A DNA stretch of 64,000 nt, from the IMG/VR virus record IMGVR_UViG_3300020185_000033, positions 1 through 64,000 of that record; one strand, written 5' to 3'. Under the pieces are notes generated by a model. The model was not told where the DNA came from and made no database searches. It was given only the letters and a program-made list of their open reading frames with translations. The position numbers and the translations under genes were made by a program. Shown here in pieces: positions 47,501-56,500 of this stretch; position 1 is the stretch's first letter; each line of letters opens with the position of its first letter. This stretch comes from a virus.

Positions 47501-50500
47501 ACTGCATTTGTTAATGTAATATCTGTTTCGTTGTCGGATACGGACTCAACTTTTGTATTTGCTGGAACACCTGTGCCGCTAACATTCATTCCAATAACTA
47601 GTCTATTAGTAGTACCTACTACGCTTATAGTTGTGTTTGCTGTAACATCACGTGCCACAGTAAATTCATCTTCTATAGGTGCTAACATTGTATCCAGTAT
47701 AACAAAACTATTTGTTGTAGTGTCGAGCTTTCTTATTTTTTGTATAATAAGTTCAGGCGACATTTTATTAATTTTCACATAACCTAAATTTTCAAGTGTG
47801 GATAGATCTGCATCTGTTGTAATTTTTGTTGCTTCGTTGATTGTGAACGATAAGTTTGTTTCGTCTAAGTTACCGCCTGTGTAGGTATCAAGTTCAATAT
47901 CGAATACAACAAGATCTACAGTCTCCGCAGGAGTACCTGGAACTATCTCGCGAATTGCTTTTGCAAATTCTATTGTGTCGTTCGATGATAATGTTACTGT
48001 GTTCTTAACTGTAACATTAGCAACTTGTCCATCGCCTTTATGCCTAAACTTCAACGTATCGTTATTATTAATCACTCTGCCGTCAGCTAGAGTAATATCG
48101 TAATAATCAAATTGTGTTTCGTCCCATAAAATATTATAAGGTTCTCCCTCTGGTGTTATACCCACCGTTGTAACTGATGTAATGCCCTGTGACAACGTTA
48201 TGTCTCTTCCTGATATACTTGCTACTGTTACAGTGTCCTCTTCGGCATCTATTACACCTGTTAGTGTAATAAAGTCGCCTACACGAATATTTGATGTACT
48301 CGATAATGTAAGTGTGTTGTTTGTTGCGTTAGCACTTTCAATAAACCTTGCAGGCTCGGATCCTTCGTTGTCAAAATCGAAATTAACACTCATAACCTCT
48401 ACTGGTTCTGCTATACTTTCATGGAACAAATACATGCCCGGTTCAATTAGTTCAGGTGTTGTTACATCTACTATTGTGCCGCTTACAACACTATTTTCAA
48501 CAGTGCCTTGTAAAGGTACAGATACATTTCCTAATTTACCTACACTGTCTGTTATAAGATCTTTATTAAGAACTCGCTCTCCTCTGATATTCTTTGGAGC
48601 AAAACTGTTGCCTGCTAATTCAGTACCCGAAGCATCTTTGAATCTAACTGTTATGCCGTTAACTAAAGCGTCTGATATTTCTTCGTAACTATGACCCATA
48701 GTTGAAATGCTGTTTGGAACTGCTGTAATCTTTAATGTTGTTTTTGCTAATGAAACATTTGCACTGTCTGTGATTACATCCAATGATGAATTAGTGCCAT
48801 ATAGCCTAGATCCAACTGTAAATGTGTCGTTAGTAGTTGCGTTAACAGTGAATACTTCGCCTGCACTACCACCTAGGTTATCAACATCAAACACAATCTC
48901 TGTGCCTGTTCTAAAATCGTGTCCAGGTGAATACATTTGTACATCATAATCAATACTTGTATTGCCTGTTTTGTTTTTACCAAAGTTTATAAAACTAATG
49001 TTTGCTTTAGGCACTGTGTTAGTCATTCCGCCTAATACTGTTGTGTTAGCATATAATTGTACATCGCCAGCGCCTGTTAGATTTGCAACTTGGAATATGT
49101 TTCCATTTAAATTTGAACCGCTGTTGTCGTTAAACTTTAAATAATGTCCAATTGCAACTCCGTCTGTTGCACCATTATTAATTGTGAACGTTAACTGGTT
49201 GTTAACAATTCTCATGTCGGGGACAGCATCTACACTTCTAAAGATTGTTATGTCTGTTGTTGTAGGTACTGTTGCTCTAGCAAACTGGTATGCATGTTGT
49301 AATGCAACTGGTTCAGCACTTATAATATTACCACTTAGTTGTGGTCTAATCTCGAGAATTGAATTAACAGCTGGAATTGTATATTCGATATTGCCCATCT
49401 CAACAGATTGTTCAGCAACTTTTTCTTCGCTTACAAATCTTGTTACAGGATGGTCAACTTCTGCTTGTTCTGTTACATATATTGGGTTGCCGTCAAAGGA
49501 TACCAAGTCTTTGTATGCGTCCGATATAACGTTGTCGCCTTTAAGTGCTAATACCTGATCAAACCACTTAGTGTGGTCATACTCTGTGCTTGTATTAGCA
49601 TTATCATTGTTGTCTAGTATAATATCGGACAACTTAACATCTGCCCAAAGGAACGATGTTCCAACAGTGTTGTCGTATTCTACATACGAAATAGTTGCGC
49701 CAGTGTCTGTGAGTTTATAAACTTCAAATTCTTCGTGCTCGCCTTTTGCAAAGTGAACTGTATCGTTTACTTTTGGCAATTTGTTTGTTCTAGTAATTTT
49801 AGTAATATCAAATAAGTTTTCAAAATCATAAATGTCAAATGCTTGGTACTGTACATTATACTTGGATACATATCCTGAGTTAGGTAAAGGCGCATACTTG
49901 CTGTCTACCATGCCTACATAACTAACACTTGATGTCATAGGCCATAAGCCTTTCTCCGCCATGTCAGTAGGTCTTACTGTCAATCTTAGAGGATCATCGA
50001 CATCAATTAATATTGTTGCATCATCTTTTGAATCTGGATAAATTTCAAATGTTCTTATCTGCGTTAACTTAGCCGCTAATGCATCGTTGGCAAATACCTT
50101 AATGTTCAACGATGAACCAGGTAAGTCACCTTGGTATGAATCTTCCAAGTCAATTGTGCCACGTTCAATAATTTCTATAGTTGAATTAGGCTGTATAGGT
50201 GAACCAGGAATAGCACCACAGTCTAGGAATGTTATAGTAGATTCCCCTGAGGAAACATTACTAGTAATTGTGTATAATGCTTCTTCGCTAGTTTCTGGTA
50301 GTTTAATACCGTTAATTTCTACATCGACATGCGGATAACTGCCGTTAATAATTTGTAAATTGTCTGCGGCTATTTCATCTGTTGTTGTTATACCGTCACT
50401 AACACTTACTGGTGTAAACGTAAAGCTCTGTGAAATATTACCGGATAATAATGCGTTAGTAACAATTGTTGTTCTGCTACCTTCGTCAAATTCCCAATCA

Positions 50501-53500
50501 TGCGAGCCAGGCGGAGTACCTACAATATTACCTGTTGTAGTTGCACCGTCAACAGAAACAATAATGTCACTAAACGTTGTGCTGTTTGCAGTTTCGAAAC
50601 TGTAACGTTGTCTTGGCTGGTATCGCTTTGCAGGTAAGTTTAATGTGCTTTCTAACGTACTGCCTGCACCTTGCTCTGCTAGTGTAAAGTCATTGCCCTT
50701 AATTGTTAAGAAGAATTCTTCAGTGCCTGTACCTGCTGTTCTAGTAAACGTTGCTGAAATATTTGCACTAATTTCTGCTGTATTATTAATTGCATTAGCA
50801 ACATCTTCTACAGTAGTAACTGAGCTTAGATCAATAACAGTGTTTACATTAGAACTAAAATGATCTGTGATTAAAATATTACCAGCCGAAGTTAAATCTG
50901 CAACTGTTATGTTGCTTGTAGAAACAGCATATGGCTTCAAGAATGATGTAGTAATATTTGCTGTAAATAACTGTGCCGCAACTACTGTTACACTAGGATT
51001 AATAGTGTAACCGTACCCTGGTTCGTCTACAGTCACATCAGATATTCTTCCGTCTGTTCCGATATTAACTGTGGCTTTAGCAGTTGTGCCGCCGCCGTAT
51101 TCGAAACTACCTGGAATGTCTGCAGGAGGTGGTTCAATTTCTAAGAATGGTCTTTGATAGAATTTAGTTGTTCTATCAAGCACTTCCACTTCGTTAACTT
51201 TACTAACAATGTCTTCTGGGTAAGCAACTTGTATAAGTTGTCTTTCGTTTGTTATTTCACTCTCTGCAATTTTTAAATCTATTGTTTGGTAGTTTTCTAT
51301 GTCACCGAAGTCGCCCGCTTTAAGAGCCCATTCGTCATAAATTGCAACACTACCAGGAACAAGAACTTTGTCGCTGTTAAGTAATACTTCGATACTGTTC
51401 TTAGTACCTTTACTTCTGATCATTCCAGAATAAAAATCATACTGGTCATCTTGCGTAAGTTCAAATTCTCTTAAATATTTTCTTTCTTCATAACCGTACT
51501 GTCTTCTACTTGCTTCGTATAGTTGTTTCTCAACTGGTACATGTCCAATCTCATTATATTTGCCCATGTCGCCTGCAAGTGTATCAAAGTTTGGCTTTAA
51601 GCCGTTGTCTGTGATAATATAGCCATCTGCTGTTAATGTGCCGTTCCAATTAGCAGTACGTTTACCTTTAATTTTTATTCTACGTTGTCTTTGACTTAAA
51701 ACGTTGTCAAATATTGTATCACCAAATATAGTTTTATTTGATAATACCATTGCATGTTCAATTTCATTTGTGTATAATATTACACCGTAAATCTGTTTGC
51801 CTTCAGGTGGATTAATAGTAATCTTATTCGTATCTCTAATAATCTCGCACTCGGAAGTTTTAATTGATCTACCTTCTTGATCCAATATGCTGTACTGACT
51901 TTGGTCAACATCAATAATTTTACTTACTCTACCAATTGGTGCTGTAAACTTGACCCCAGACGCTAATGGACTTAAACTTAATGTGTTACCTGCGGCCCAT
52001 TTGCCTATGCTCCAGAACAGGAATTGCCTTCCGCTGTATAGCCAGTTATTAACGTCATTGATATCTCCGTTAAACTCGCCGAAGTCGAAACCCATTGCTT
52101 CTTGCTTTCTGCCTAAACTATTTAAGAAATCAAATACTTCGTTAACTGTATCAAGTACTGTGCCATATTCCACTTTCTTAATTGTACCTGTGCCTGTTAA
52201 GTATAATGTTGCTTCAGCGGCGCCAGTCATTGGCAATGAAGGTAGTCTCTGCCAAATTGCTGTGTCTGTTACAACACTGCCTGCAGGAGCAAACTCTTTT
52301 GCTCTATAAAAGTTATAGCCTGATTTTACTATTGAACCTATTTGATAATTTGTACTGTTGCTATAATTTGCAAATTCAACAGGTTCTCCGCCAACAGTAA
52401 CTTCTGTTGCTGGACCACTAGTGTTACTTTCTTCTATTTCAAAGAAGCGTTTTACTGAATTATAGCCGTCTATCTTGTACTTGCCGTCAGTTGTGTAAGT
52501 AATTAATACACCAGTAAAGTCATTTGTTGTGCTGTAAGGTCCTACATGCACATTTACTTCAATATCTTCTTGGGGCAATATTAAACTTGAACTGTTACCA
52601 GTTGAACTGTAACTATCACTGAACACTGTCATAGTATCTTTGTCTATGTAGCCAGCAAATTTATGACCAAGTTTGCTTATAATTGATCTGTAAGGTTTAA
52701 CAAATTCTGCTGTTGTGTTAAGACCTTGGAATTTCATAAATGCATGGATGAACTGGGTAAAGCCCACAGTATAAACTGTTTGCTCAGACGCATTAATTTC
52801 GCCGTGTATATCTACTAATTTAGTTTTAATTCTTCTCTTTGTATCTCTATCTAATAACTGCTTAGAGTTAGCAAGTCCTCTAAACGGTTTTCTCGGATCG
52901 GAGAACACACTGGCAAACTTACCAGGCTGTGCTAATAATAGCGCCTGCATAACCGCAAATGGATAACCTTCTGAGATTCTCCATGCATTTTCTACAGGAG
53001 CATTGTCTCCAAATTTCCAATTTTTATTTGTAAGTTCTGTGTTTACTGAGTATGTTGTATCTAATGTACTTAAAACAGTAAACGTTGCAAGAGACTGATC
53101 CTGGGTAGTAGCAGTACCGTTATTATTTGTACTAACAGTTCTCGGTGTTGATGCAAAACTTGGTCCTGTTGTGTATGGATATGCTGGGTTACTGTCAGCA
53201 TCCACAGTTGCAACATAGTAATATGTGCCTGCAGGGAATTCAGGAGTTATGCCGTGACGGCCATTGTATGCATCAAGATCACCAGTTGAAGAACTATACT
53301 CGTAGTCTTCTACAAACTCTCCTGTAGGCAAGCCGCCTATTGTCGATCTCGTTGTTGTTTTTAAACTGTAACTACTTTCTATTCTTTTAATGCTACTCGA
53401 AGCATTTGCTCTGTCTGAGTATCCATATGGTCCGTAAATTGGGAAACCATCAAATGCCCAACCTACTATAGGTGAATGAGCAGTTGTATTCCAGCTGTCT

Positions 53501-56500
53501 AATCCAACTGCTTGTGGGCTAGGTTGAATATATCCGTAAATGCCGTTGTTGTCAGGTGCGCCGCCGGCTGTATCTCTGCTAACTTCATTTCTATACATGC
53601 TGTTGTAAGTAAAGTTAGTGCTATCGCTGTGTGCTATACCTGAGTTAGCATTAGTAATTAATGCACCGTTAGTTGCTAGACCAATTGCAGTGTTGCTAGT
53701 TGAAGTTGCGTTTGCATAACTTGTTCCTAAACTACTAGGATCTACTCGTCCTACAAACGATTCTATTGTGTACGAATAAGATTTATCTTCTATTGTATTA
53801 GCATTATCTGACGTAGGAAAGTTGCCTACTGGGTGATTCATAACATTGTGTGTTGTTATGTTCATCACCGTGCCTACTTCCCACACACTTAACCCGTCAA
53901 CATTTAAAATTGTATCTGCATCGGCACCCGAAGTACCACTTGTGGTTGACGTCCAACTAGTTGATTTTGTTGTTGCTGTTGTGCTAATAATATTAGCAGG
54001 TGCAATCAACTCGCCACTTGCATTAACAGGTAGCTCATATGCTAATCCGATACGTCTGTACGGATTATTTTCTCTGTATCTATTGTTAGTTACATTTTCT
54101 CTGTTACCTTGCCTAATAATACCTTGTTCCAAGTCAGCCCATAAATTAACATTAGTCGAACTATAATCTGTGCCGTATGTTGTTTCCCACCATGTAGGCT
54201 TTCTAGTAAATCCTAGCATTTCCCACGGATGTGTATGAGGGCGTTCTGTGTCATAACATGATTCGAATATTCCTCTCCAGTAAGCAGGCTTAGGCGTGCC
54301 GGCATTGTAATTCCAAGTCCATACGTCGTCTTCTCTGTAGAATTCATTCTTAACAAAATCTACGTTGTTTCTTGTGATATAGTTGTTAAAGTTAGAACGT
54401 AACAATGCATAAAATTCGTCTCTGTTTCTACCTGTTGTTCTAAATCTGCCTGGTCTAATGTCTGTAACATTTAAGTCAGGTAAACTATCAGAATTCCTAA
54501 ACTGTTGTAGTGTGGCATTGTAAATTCTTTTCTCAAATTCTAACAATATAAAGTCGTGTACATCATCTAGTGCAACAGACTTACTACCATCGTGTCCTAC
54601 TACCATCTTTATAGGACTAACAAATGATGTATCAGTGATAATCTCTGGATATGTGATAGGGTACATTCCCAATGCACTAGGTGTTGAAGGTACTTGGGCA
54701 CTTTCTCTGTTAGCATCATATAGCCTAACTTTAATAGTGTTGCCTAGTGTTGGCGTGTAATTGGTTGTAAATGTAATTGTAACAACGCCATTGCTAGAAC
54801 TTACAGCATAGTCGATATCAGCACACAACAGTTTGTCAGGTGTAACACCGTCTGATTCGTATACATAAACTGTGTTGTCAATTTTTAATAAATCTAAGTA
54901 GTGCGAACAAGTGTATTCTTTTGTTAGCACATTATTAATAACAATCTTCTCTTCGATATATTTGTCACCGAATGCTATCATGAATGTATCATCAAATACA
55001 TTCTTACCTTGGTTATATGCTATAACATTTTCTATTACTAACTCTAGCATGTCGCCGTAGGACATAGCACTGTAATCATTGCCATTTACAAAGTTAACAA
55101 TCTCTTTCTTTAATCTGTTTTTATACTTGACGTATTCTTCAGCAACAAAATCCATACTGTCTTTGATATTAAATTTATCGTTGCTGAATAAGAATGCTGA
55201 CAACCTTAAATCATCGTCAGTTTGTAAAATCTTGTCTGCATATTTTAATTCTGTTTTTATGTCTGCAGAGTTGTTTGCACCTAGAGAATCACCTTTTGCA
55301 TCTTCTTGGAGCTCTAATAAGTTTTTAAAATGCTCTAAATATTCGGGCTGTGATATAGAAAGAATATCAGCATTATCTAAGTTCGAATGCCAACTGCCTG
55401 GAACGTGATATCTGCCATCTGTGTTTGCATTAATAAAGTAACCAGTTTTTGTTTCAGTAAATATATCAATTATATCAAATTTGCTAAATGTAAAACTGCT
55501 AAATTTAATAGCAATTTGTTCACTGTCGTATGAGAACAGTTCTGTTCTAATACCGTTAACATACACTCTAATACTTTTTTCTACTAAGCCTGCAATATCA
55601 CTATCTGAGTTTGTAGGTACTGCTGATATATGGTACAATCTTCTAGAGGTTTCGAAATCACTATCGCTTATGACATACCTGTCTTCTACACGTTGCTGTA
55701 GTTTGTCTTCTAATGGTCTCCATGCCGTATCGTATGTTACATCATTATTATTTCTCTTATAATATATGTAGCCTTTAATTTGAGACTTAGTTGTTCCGCC
55801 AAAAGGAACATACGATTCAAAATAATCATCTATATGGTTTGTAAAGGATATTTCACTAAAGTTATTAAAGTTTTTATACTCTAACGGAAATCCTAAAACA
55901 GTATCTTCTGTAGTATTTACTTTCGCGGGTGTATACCCGAAGATATTATTACCTGTAAATGTACTGTTAGGGTACACTGCATCATCGTCAAGTCTAACTT
56001 TGTTACTGTCGTACATAACAAATTCAATTGGTGTATTAATTTTTGTCTTTTGTTGTCCTGCTACCCAGTCAGTGCCTGACCAGTGGTATTCTATACCCTG
56101 ATACCTAGCACCAAACTTAATTGTTATTACATCACCTTTTTGTGCAACGTAAGGTATAAAACCTACATCACCATCTAATAATCCTGCAGGGCTACTTTCG
56201 TCTGCCAGTCTAGATAATGCTACATTGCCTGAACCGTCATCATTAATAACGTATGCATATTGGGAAATAGACGCACTGTCACTTGCAAGTAGTATTGTAT
56301 TACCGGGTTGTAGTGTTACTGAATCAATTGACGCTCCTGTTGGACGTCCGACTACTTCGGATTGCAGATAACCTTCAGTACTGATATCTACTGCAAATTT
56401 ACCTGTAGTACCAAAATTGTACAATTCGATATTTCTTTCAAATTCTATAATAGGCCTTACTGCACGTTTGGTTTTTGGAGGTAATTGATCTCCGACATCT

